A stretch of DNA of 64,000 bases, from assembly GCA_963713615.1 (NCBI GenBank), contig CAVQMM010000001.1:698708-762707 (forward strand), read 5' to 3'. This DNA comes from an uncultured Chlamydiae bacterium. GTDB lineage: Bacteria > Chlamydiota > Chlamydiia > Chlamydiales > JAJFMA01. The position numbers and the translations under genes were made by a program. The notes beneath the pieces were generated by a model. It was not told the DNA's origin. It saw nothing but the letters and a program-made list of their open reading frames with translations, and searched no databases. Positions 28,352-36,300 of this stretch are shown here, one piece after another (within the stretch, counting starts at the first letter, position 1; each line of letters starts with the position of its first letter).

Positions 28352-30418
28352 TCATTTGCGTTTGATCTGAGTGGGGTCAACAGCTAGGAAGCCTATGGCC
28401 AACAGGAGATAAACGTTAATCAAAAATGGATAAGTGATGTCCCATGGACGGCGATATGTCGTGGGCATATCTGCTTTTAAAGTAAGGGCCTCTTGAACTT
28501 GTTTTACAAGCGCCTGATGGCCTTCCAAGTTCTTTGGTAGTAAATAGTCCACTAGCATTTTCAACTCGCTCTCCATCGTCAATGTGTCTTCACTAGTGGT
28601 AAAAGAGACGTAGCAATCCATAAACTGACTTAAGAAATGCTTGATGATAGGTGGGCCTTCAGTCCATATATGACCTGGAGCTATGATGTTGACGGTCTCT
28701 ACAACATGAAAAGGATATTGTAGCGCTATTGGTGTTCTACGTTTACCGCGTATCTTAGGCGGCTGCAGTGCGCAGTAGATTGGATGAACAGAGAGAAGTT
28801 TCAGACGGCCAGACTGACTAATCTGCCAGATATTTTCCGCACGATAATGAGCCTTAATGTAGATGGTATTGGCATGCCGGTCATCTCGAATTTCCGGAGC
28901 AGCAACTTTGATCGCTGCGTGAGAGCAAAGGTAGGGTTCTTCAATGGCCTCATCATTATTTAGACGTAACTGTCGCCGTAATCGATTAGCAGTATCGCCT
29001 CGGATCACTGTTTCGAGCAGGATTGAGGTCTCCAGTTTATCCGGCCAGAGATAATAAGTCGTTGTGGCGGTTATCTCAGGGATACCAAGAGGCATTCCAA
29101 GACAAATAAATTCATGAGCGTTTCCATCTAGTAGCAAGGCTCGCTGATATTGAGAACAGAAACTAGCATGAAGATCGCCTCCCTGATCTGTGGAAGCAGG
29201 GTCTATCCAGTAGGTTATACCATCTAGCGTCAATTGAAGAATGACATGGTCAAATGGTGCTGGCGAAGGGTGCCATTCCGAAACCGATTGACGCAGTCTA
29301 CGGCTAACAGCAGCCGGAGTAGCCTCGATGTTCATAAGACGTAGCAAGGAACGCAGCAACTGCGCCTTATCGGAGGAGCTTCCCACCCGTTGCTCTAGAA
29401 TGGACTCAGAGTCTTTGGGGAAATATAATTCTTCAGTGTAGTCCTCGACTAAGGTGATATTGTCTTGAACGAAACGCAGGGCGGCTAAGGCTCGGGCATT
29501 ATCGGTGGTATATTGGCTATTCCACTCTTTGACTAGGGCTAGGGCCTTGGGACCTGGCGGATTTTGTTGCATGAATAGTCTGTAGCCCCAGCGTGATACA
29601 TCTGCCCATTCTTCGAATTCACTAATTTGGATCCATGCGGCTTCCTGATACCAGCTAGGCTGATTATTTTCTTGAGTGTATCCAGGGATGGAGATGCCGT
29701 TCCATACCCATTCCCAGCCATCGGGTCCAAGTTGCTGGCGTGTGGGCTGCAATCGCGTGTTGTGCTCTTTAACGAAAATGCCGCAGGGATTGAGGCCGAT
29801 CACACGATAGTAGATGCGCTCTACTGGGTAGGGATAACGAAATACGCATTCATCGATGATGCGATCCATATGTGCGGGGTTTTGTCCCTTAGTGGAGTAG
29901 CTATATTCGATGATGTCTCCTTCTCTGACATCATCTAAAAGTGTCATGAGTGACCAACGACGTTGGGCTGTCTTTTCACAAGCCTCGCAGGCCAACGCCA
30001 GGTGAAAATCATCGCTGGCGACTCGATCGAGGCGAACACCATTTCGACGCAGGCAAAGGCTGTGAAGGGTAATCTCTTGAAAGGATGGGTCAAAGGGTAA
30101 TTCAATGAGCGAATGTTGGCGGATAGCTTCCGGCTCTATGACACGTTTGGCGAGGTGATAGTATGTTGTTTGAGTATCGACATTGACCTGTTTGTCGATC
30201 AGGAGGATTTGAGCATCAGGCGATCTTGTGGGTAAGGCGCCTTCTGGTACCGATAACACGGCAACCCATCTGGGTATTGCTTCCTGGTAAAGCGACATCA
30301 CTGGCGCCTGATCATGCAGTGCGATAACAGGCACCTTGGCGCGCACCCTGACAGGTGACTCGTCGGCGTTCAGAAACGAGGTCAACAGCAAAAACAAGGT
30401 TAGAAAATACTTTATCAT
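28352..30418 (-). CDS. Secreted DUF3857 / transglutaminase-like superfamily protein (nucleophile position appears to be Ser)
   Basis: Signal peptide MIKYFLTLFLLLTSFLNA. Core RVGSSSDKAQLLRSLLRLMNIEATPA ... FDHVILQLTLDGITYWIDPAS resembles the G-x-C-x-D ... H ... D-P-T transglutaminase-like core. Confidence 0.5.
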   Translation of the reverse strand: MIKYFLTLFLLLTSFLNADESPVRVRAKVPVIALHDQAPVMSLYQEAIPRWVAVLSVPEGALPTRSPDAQILLIDKQVNVDTQTTYYHLAKRVIEPEAIRQHSLIELPFDPSFQEITLHSLCLRRNGVRLDRVASDDFHLALACEACEKTAQRRWSLMTLLDDVREGDIIEYSYSTKGQNPAHMDRIIDECVFRYPYPVERIYYRVIGLNPCGIFVKEHNTRLQPTRQQLGPDGWEWVWNGISIPGYTQENNQPSWYQEAAWIQISEFEEWADVSRWGYRLFMQQNPPGPKALALVKEWNSQYTTDNARALAALRFVQDNITLVEDYTEELYFPKDSESILEQRVGSSSDKAQLLRSLLRLMNIEATPAAVSRRLRQSVSEWHPSPAPFDHVILQLTLDGITYWIDPASTDQGGDLHASFCSQYQRALLLDGNAHEFICLGMPLGIPEITATTTYYLWPDKLETSILLETVIRGDTANRLRRQLRLNNDEAIEEPYLCSHAAIKVAAPEIRDDRHANTIYIKAHYRAENIWQISQSGRLKLLSVHPIYCALQPPKIRGKRRTPIALQYPFHVVETVNIIAPGHIWTEGPPIIKHFLSQFMDCYVSFTTSEDTLTMESELKMLVDYLLPKNLEGHQALVKQVQEALTLKADMPTTYRRPWDITYPFLINVYLLLAIGFLAVDPTQIKRK

Positions 30419-30492
30419 TAGAAGTCCCACTATTAAAGGACTACCAGTTTAACGAATTGTAAGTTTATCGCAAAGATGCAAACGGGGTAGTT

Positions 30493-30521
30493 CGTGTGCA
30501 TCCGTGTTATTCCTAAAATCC
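30493..30521. repeat. Solo arm of the family-1 element
   Basis: cgtgtgcatccgtgttattcctaaaatcc matches right arms at 5436-5460, 44490-44514 and 63642-63665. No partner arm nearby. Confidence 0.7.
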
Positions 30522-30536
30522 CCACGAGCTATATGC

Positions 30537-31385
30537 TCAAAGACTATTGATTTGCAGCATCCAATGCCTATCATAGGCACCTTGTACGGGCGACGAAGGA
30601 TCTAGGCGTCGGAACCCTTTGATCGGGACTTTTTCTAGACGAACGATGTGATCAGACCTGACATGATGCTGACACAATAGCCATCCAATACGCTTGGCTG
30701 ATGCGGCATCGGACTTTACAGCATAATCAACAAGTTGGGCGACGTTGATCTTTTGAGCCGCTGCGGAAAAAGCAGACTGAACGTTGGCCCATCCCCCGCA
30801 ATACTGTGGCATGGCTACAGCATCGAGCAAGGTGCGTTCTAAGTCAGTGATGGCGACCTTGGCGCCTTCTAGGTCAAGGATTTGAATACCATAATAGCGC
30901 TCGGGTTTGATTTGCACAAAATCGTAGAGCAGATCGCCGACAGGGTAGATCCGCCCGCGTGCATCGTTTTTTTTGCGAATTCTGGGGAAGGAGCTGCCGG
31001 TATGGGTAAGAACATAGATATAGGAAGAGCTATTGGTAACGAGTTCATAATGTTGAAGGGCTGTCCAGAGGCTAATGGCAGCGGGAGAAGCTAGTGCCAT
31101 GGCGATTTCAAATGGATGAGCTGCCGCCCCAGGAGGCAAGGCGCACCGAATGGCAAAGACACCTCGTCTGATCGGAATGATCCATCCTTCTAGTTCCAGC
31201 TGGTCTAAGGTTGCTGGCAAATCTTTTGGTGCTAGCCCAACATCTTTTGTTAGACTATTTAGGTGTTGTGTAGTGAATACCCGATGGCCCGAATCACTAA
31301 GACGCCGGAGGAGCTCCAAACCTAACACCTGTTGCTTAATCTGGCGCATCGGAATAATCGTAGTGATTTGGTCTGTAGAGTCCAT
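30537..31385 (-). CDS. AbiEi-family (COG5340-like) antitoxin/transcriptional regulator, no cognate AbiEii toxin gene adjacent
   Basis: N-terminal wHTH ending in IPIRRGVFAI, then AAISLWTALQHYELV, and LERTLLDAV with AKRIGWLL in the C-terminal domain. This is the typical AbiEi layout. Confidence 0.65.
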   Translation of the reverse strand: MDSTDQITTIIPMRQIKQQVLGLELLRRLSDSGHRVFTTQHLNSLTKDVGLAPKDLPATLDQLELEGWIIPIRRGVFAIRCALPPGAAAHPFEIAMALASPAAISLWTALQHYELVTNSSSYIYVLTHTGSSFPRIRKKNDARGRIYPVGDLLYDFVQIKPERYYGIQILDLEGAKVAITDLERTLLDAVAMPQYCGGWANVQSAFSAAAQKINVAQLVDYAVKSDAASAKRIGWLLCQHHVRSDHIVRLEKVPIKGFRRLDPSSPVQGAYDRHWMLQINSL

Positions 31386-31388
31386 GTC

Positions 31389-32201
31389 TTAGGGCTCCTC
31401 GGGTTGTGCAACTTCTGATTCAGCAGGGGGGGCTGCTGGCTTGTTACGCCACTCAATTAGCGCTGTAGCGGCATCGACTATAAGTGTCGGGTTGGTGACC
31501 GCATTGGAAATGTAGTAACCTTCGCAAAGAGGTGCTGTGGCATTCACAACCTCGGTCATATTGGAGACATGATTAGGTAATGCTACGATTACTGGAAGCG
31601 TAGTTCCTTGATTAGTCAGGACGTTTTGAAGTACCCCTAGGCATTTATGCAGGGTTTCAGGAAGTCCAGATAGTTGAAAGAAGGTGGGCCAGGGGCCCTG
31701 ATAAACGATAGTCAGGTGTTGGAGCTGTTCAGGGCTCAAACCTTGTAAACAAGTGCTAAGCTGCCGTTCCAAGGCACTAGCTGACGCTCCATGGGCATAT
31801 TCGGCGGCTGTTTCTCCAACGCAAAGCATTGTTTTTATGGGAGTTTGCGTTGCGCAGGCCACTTTGCTGGCGATGCTTGTATCATCCTCATTTAAAAGAT
31901 ATCGTGATTCGCTCTCACCCACAATAACAAAAGTCGCATTGACCTGTAGCAACATCGTGGCGGCAAAATGTTCCGCATAGCTTCCTTCTCCGGCCTGTAA
32001 CATATTGTCTGCGCCCAATACCGCTGTTTCGGGAAAAGATCCAGGCTGGATATCCTGTAGATAGGAGTAACATAGTGCGGCATAAAGCTTAGGTCCATTT
32101 GGATCTAAGTTCGCTACCACATCAGTGATGACTGGTATGGTGTCTGGCTGCGCATAATAGGGCTTCCAATGTGTTAGAAGAAGGAAATTTTCAATGGGCA
32201 T
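31389..32201 (-). CDS. Triosephosphate-isomerase-like protein with substituted catalytic residues (probable non-catalytic paralogue)
   Basis: Collinear with TpiA blocks: LLLTHWKPYY (vs GNWKLNG), VLGADNMLQAGEGSYAEHFAATML (vs LGAQN...GAFTGE.S..ML), FVIVGESESRY (vs YIIIGHSERR), MLCVGETAAE (vs VLCIGET..E), TIVYQGPWPTFF (vs VIAYEPVWAIGTG). Confidence 0.7.
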   Translation of the reverse strand: MPIENFLLLTHWKPYYAQPDTIPVITDVVANLDPNGPKLYAALCYSYLQDIQPGSFPETAVLGADNMLQAGEGSYAEHFAATMLLQVNATFVIVGESESRYLLNEDDTSIASKVACATQTPIKTMLCVGETAAEYAHGASASALERQLSTCLQGLSPEQLQHLTIVYQGPWPTFFQLSGLPETLHKCLGVLQNVLTNQGTTLPVIVALPNHVSNMTEVVNATAPLCEGYYISNAVTNPTLIVDAATALIEWRNKPAAPPAESEVAQPEEP

Positions 32202-32237
32202 AGTAGGCTCTCTTGTGTGGGCTAGCTTTTTTTCATT

Positions 32238-33080
32238 CTAAAGGCCCGGAAGTTTTTCGCGGTAGCGCCAGAATGCTTCACCATAACTAAAAGTCAGATG
32301 CGTACCTCGGTCAATGGCTTCCTTAGCGCGCAAGAAAAAGTATAGAAATCCCCGGTCATAAAGGCATTCAAGGTCCAAGTTTGGAGTATCGCTGTGATTA
32401 ACGAACCGAATTTCATTCCCACCTTTGTTGGCATCAATCACAAAAATGCTCCATGACCAAAAGCGTGTTGGGTAATGCAGGCAATAGGCATTGTGATCTG
32501 GACGCCGTCGCGAGAGGGGACGGACTACGCCGGTGTAGGTTCCGACGAATTCACCCTTAGCAAGGTCGGTATTGGTGAAAAGACCGTAACCCAGCTCTTC
32601 GCTGATCCAGGCCACAGTAGTATTGGCAACAGCTCCGTTGAGGATCTTGTGGCGATAGAATTCATAGTCGTTATCTCTTTCCATGCCTAGGATGCCCAAA
32701 CGGCATATCCATGGACACTGATGTACTACAATTTTTAGGAGATCATAGCTTGTGAAAGTCAAATACGGAAGGTAAGGAACGCCAAAGAGTTCCTCAAATT
32801 CATGTGGCAAATAGCTCTTTGCTACAGAGTCACCTCTGCGCACAACCTTAGTAGTATGAGGTGCAGCTGATGTAAGTCGTGGTAGCCACGTTGTACGATT
32901 TAGCAGTCGGGCCAGTTCTAGAGGTTTTAAGCCTAATCCATTGGTGGTGTCACATAAAGCCGGATCATAAGGTTCGTTTAAGTCGTTGTCGATGATCGCC
33001 TGATGCAAAGGGCTTTCACCTTTTGCCAGTCGTTCCCTGAGCTGTTTTGTTCTTTGCGTGAGCATCTGTAATATTTTCAT
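32238..33080 (-). CDS. SET-domain protein-lysine methyltransferase (eukaryote-like)
   Basis: GGNEIRFVNHSDTPNLDLECL ... GTHLTFSYG are the SET NH(S/C)xxPN and post-SET-proximal ELxF/Y-type blocks. Upstream GYGLFTNTDLAKGEFVGTYTG. Confidence 0.8.
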   Translation of the reverse strand: MKILQMLTQRTKQLRERLAKGESPLHQAIIDNDLNEPYDPALCDTTNGLGLKPLELARLLNRTTWLPRLTSAAPHTTKVVRRGDSVAKSYLPHEFEELFGVPYLPYLTFTSYDLLKIVVHQCPWICRLGILGMERDNDYEFYRHKILNGAVANTTVAWISEELGYGLFTNTDLAKGEFVGTYTGVVRPLSRRRPDHNAYCLHYPTRFWSWSIFVIDANKGGNEIRFVNHSDTPNLDLECLYDRGFLYFFLRAKEAIDRGTHLTFSYGEAFWRYREKLPGL

Positions 33081-33173
33081 GCATTATATCCATAACATAC
33101 TGGATATTCTCTTTCCTCACTTAAAGTTCTTGCCGGATCAATAGGAAATATTTAAGATCACGAATTTATCAAA

Positions 33174-34022
33174 ATGCGGGTGAATATGATACTCCAGAAG
33201 CTTCGGCTGCTTTTTTGGACCTCTTTAGGTTTCGCCGGCACAATAGCTGCTGAGCCGCAGCGGTGGGTGGTTTATTACAATAACCAAGCCACATACGAGG
33301 ACCTTCGAGCGTATAATCCTTTAGTTTTTGATAGCGAGACCCATCCTCCATTAAAGCCCTTTCTAGCTAATGACAAAACGACATTAGCCTATATCAGTCT
33401 TGGAGAAGCAGCCACGCATAATTCCTACTTTGCCGATGTTAAGGCGCAGGGGTTGTTGTTAGGGGAAAATTCTAGCTGGCCAGGCAGTTATTTCATCGAT
33501 CTACGCAATCCGCTATGGACGAAGAGAGTTATTGAAGAAATCATTCCTTCAATCCTGTTTCAACGGTTTAGTGGACTGTTTCTCGATACTCTTGATGATG
33601 CTGACTATCTTGAGCAAGAGGATCCGGTAAAGTATAAAGGAATGCGTGAAGCGGCTATAAAGCTCGTTAGAACCATTCGTAAAAATTACCCGATGATTCC
33701 TATCATGATGAACCGTGGTCTCGATATCGCGCCTGCTGTCGTTCATGATATTAACATGATTTTGGCAGAAGCTACCTGGTCATTCTATGATGTTAAGAAA
33801 AAGGCCTATGAACACGTTCCCCAAAAGGAGTATCAGGCATATGCTGATCGTCTTAGGCTTCTGGAGCATGACAACCCCACTTTAACAGTCTATACCCTTG
33901 ATTATTGGGACCCTACCGATGCCAAGGGCATTAGTGCTATCTATCATCTCCAGCGCGAAAATGGCTTTATTCCTTACGTGTCAACGCGAGATCTCCAAAA
34001 GATCATACAGGAACCCAAATAA
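33174..34022 (+). CDS. pelA: Secreted PelA-N-type glycoside hydrolase (TM1410/GH114-like TIM barrel), stand-alone
   Basis: Signal peptide, then WVVYY...LAYISLGEA...WPGSYFIDLRNPLW...FSGLFLDTLDDADYL...IMMNRG. This is the pattern of the endo-alpha-1,4-polygalactosaminidase-like / PelA hydrolase domain. First gene of the pel-like cluster. Confidence 0.7.
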   Translation: MRVNMILQKLRLLFWTSLGFAGTIAAEPQRWVVYYNNQATYEDLRAYNPLVFDSETHPPLKPFLANDKTTLAYISLGEAATHNSYFADVKAQGLLLGENSSWPGSYFIDLRNPLWTKRVIEEIIPSILFQRFSGLFLDTLDDADYLEQEDPVKYKGMREAAIKLVRTIRKNYPMIPIMMNRGLDIAPAVVHDINMILAEATWSFYDVKKKAYEHVPQKEYQAYADRLRLLEHDNPTLTVYTLDYWDPTDAKGISAIYHLQRENGFIPYVSTRDLQKIIQEPK

Positions 34023-34026
34023 ATCT

Positions 34027-36300
34027 ATGCTGCGTTTGATTCTGACATTTTTCTTGCTCGTTACCAACTATGGGTGGAGTGCTTCAGTTGCTGAAGATAG
34101 GGCTGAAGTGGTACCTAGGACAATTATTACCTTGTACGACAGTAAGAAGTACAACGATGTTAGTGATGCAGCTGTTCATCAATTCCTTGAAATGCCTCTA
34201 AATCACTTGGGGTATCGCGTCTGGTTCCATGATATCCTGAACGGTCTTCCTGACCTTACCGATCATAAAGATGTTGTAGGGGTCCTCACCTGGTTTCCGG
34301 GAGGAATGGTCGTTCCAGATCCTAAAGCCTACCTAAAGTGGGCGCAAGCTGTTATAGATATGGGTAAGCGCTATGTGGTCGTTGGTAACCCGGGATTTTA
34401 CCCCGCTGATGGAAGTGTTTCACCAGACCTTATGAATGCCTTCTGGACAAAGCTAGGGTTGTATGATCAGGCAGTTTTTGTTTCCGCGACTTATGACGTT
34501 AATCTGATTAAGTTGGACCCCAAGATGCTTGACTTTGAACGTCCCTACGGGGGTGTTCTGCCAGGCTATCATATGATCAAGAGCCAATCGGATACTGTCA
34601 AAGTCTATCTAGCGGCGCGAGTTCGTAATGACCCAGGCAGTGACGCTATATTGGTAGCTACCAGTCCAGTCGGTGGTTTTATTGCCGAAGAATACGAGGC
34701 TTATTGGGACAATATTCGTGATAACCATCGACAATGGTACGTCAACCCCTTTCATTTTCTTCGCGTCGCTTTTGGCGATTCGGGCTTTCTCAAGCCCGAT
34801 ACGACGACATTGAATGGAAGGCGTATTTTTTATCATCACATCGACGGCGATGGATGGATTAGCCGTACGCAGATCGCGGAATATAAAAAGACTCGAGCCT
34901 TATGTGCAGAGGTTATTTATAGAAATGTTCTAAAACCTTTTGATGACCTTCCCTGTTCCGTGGGCCCTATTGCGGCGGACCTGGATGATAGTTGGGTAGG
35001 AACGGCAGAGTCGCGGCATTGGGCAAGAGAGATTCTGAGCTTACCAAATGTTGAGGTAGTGGTTCACACGTTAAGTCACCCCTTTCAGTGGGGATTTTTC
35101 GCAAACTATACGATGGCTGAGGAGGAACCCTTCCTATATTTATATCCGTTTGGAAGTTGGGAGGGTTCTGGCATTTGGACGCGCATAAAGCACTATTGGA
35201 TGTTGCTGTTGCACAAGCCTAACGAAGAAAATAATGATGGTGGCAAGCCCCTTGACGAAGGATATGACTTACCTCGTGCTTACGCTAATAAGCCCTTTAA
35301 CCTCCACGATGAGGTGTATGAAGCCGTTAATAAAGTTAATGAGGTTGCTCCTCCTGGGAAGAGAGCCACTTTATACACATGGTCAGGTGACTGCGTTCCT
35401 TTTGAAAGTGCAGTAGAAGATTCACGAAAGGCTGGTGTTCTGAATTTAAACGGTGGCAATACCCGCTTTGATTCTGAATCGCTGTCCTATGGATGGGTCA
35501 GGCCTTTGGGACGCCAAGCCGGTAACCAGCGGCAAATCTATGCTTCTAGCAGTAATGAAAATATCTATACCGAGGACTGGACCGCTAAGTTCTACAACTA
35601 CAACATGCTGCCGCAGACATTCAAAAATACTGATGTTCCCGTCCGCGTCAAGCCAATGAACCTCTACTACCACATGTTCTCGGGTGAGCGCCGTCCAAGC
35701 CTTGATGCTCTCTTGTCCAATGTGGCTTATGTGCGATCGCAGGAGATTATTCCAATCACTGCAACCGCCTTTGCTAGGATTGCGGATAGTTTTTATAACG
35801 TAGAGATTATTGAGCTGAGCGATGGTCGCTGGACGGTAGAGAACAGGGGGACGTTGCAGACACTGCGGCGGGATCACAGTACACTTGATTCTGTTGATTT
35901 TGGACGGTCTGTGGGGGTAATTGGGCAGCGCCACCTATTAGGTAGCTTATATGTGGCTTTAGATCCCGTTGTGGAGAACCCCATTGTCGCCTTTAGTGCC
36001 TGTACGGATTGTGATGAAGAGCCTCATGCTAATCGACCATACGTGATTGAAAGTCGCTGGCAGATTCAAGACGTAAATACCGACGAGCGGAATGTCCTTT
36101 CCTTTCTAGCTCATGGCTATGGACAAGGAAGTATGACGTGGCGGGTGCCACAGCCAGGTACATACGTCATTCAAGTGACCAAGGGTAGCCAGACACCTAC
36201 AGTGCAACGCGTGCATACCGATTCTGTTAGGCTTAATTTTGTTGTGGGCGATGGTACTACCCTAGAACCCGTCATTGTGACCATAGTGAGGGCTTCATGA
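34027..36300 (+). CDS. pelA: Secreted PelA-C-type polysaccharide deacetylase (CE4-like metal motifs), stand-alone
   Basis: Own signal peptide MLRLILTFFLLVTNYGWSA from ATG 34027, 4 nt after the upstream stop. FYHHIDGDGW (Asp-x-Asp motif) and VVHTLSHPFQW (H-x-x-x-H) fit CE4 motifs 1 and 2. Position matches the pelA deacetylase half. Confidence 0.65.
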   Translation: MLRLILTFFLLVTNYGWSASVAEDRAEVVPRTIITLYDSKKYNDVSDAAVHQFLEMPLNHLGYRVWFHDILNGLPDLTDHKDVVGVLTWFPGGMVVPDPKAYLKWAQAVIDMGKRYVVVGNPGFYPADGSVSPDLMNAFWTKLGLYDQAVFVSATYDVNLIKLDPKMLDFERPYGGVLPGYHMIKSQSDTVKVYLAARVRNDPGSDAILVATSPVGGFIAEEYEAYWDNIRDNHRQWYVNPFHFLRVAFGDSGFLKPDTTTLNGRRIFYHHIDGDGWISRTQIAEYKKTRALCAEVIYRNVLKPFDDLPCSVGPIAADLDDSWVGTAESRHWAREILSLPNVEVVVHTLSHPFQWGFFANYTMAEEEPFLYLYPFGSWEGSGIWTRIKHYWMLLLHKPNEENNDGGKPLDEGYDLPRAYANKPFNLHDEVYEAVNKVNEVAPPGKRATLYTWSGDCVPFESAVEDSRKAGVLNLNGGNTRFDSESLSYGWVRPLGRQAGNQRQIYASSSNENIYTEDWTAKFYNYNMLPQTFKNTDVPVRVKPMNLYYHMFSGERRPSLDALLSNVAYVRSQEIIPITATAFARIADSFYNVEIIELSDGRWTVENRGTLQTLRRDHSTLDSVDFGRSVGVIGQRHLLGSLYVALDPVVENPIVAFSACTDCDEEPHANRPYVIESRWQIQDVNTDERNVLSFLAHGYGQGSMTWRVPQPGTYVIQVTKGSQTPTVQRVHTDSVRLNFVVGDGTTLEPVIVTIVRAS

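Noticed and set aside
33898-34026. Upstream extension of the deacetylase ORF (start at 33898) overlapping the hydrolase gene
   Set aside because: The extension overlaps the 3' end of the preceding gene in another frame. ATG 34027 gives a clean signal peptide immediately after the upstream stop.
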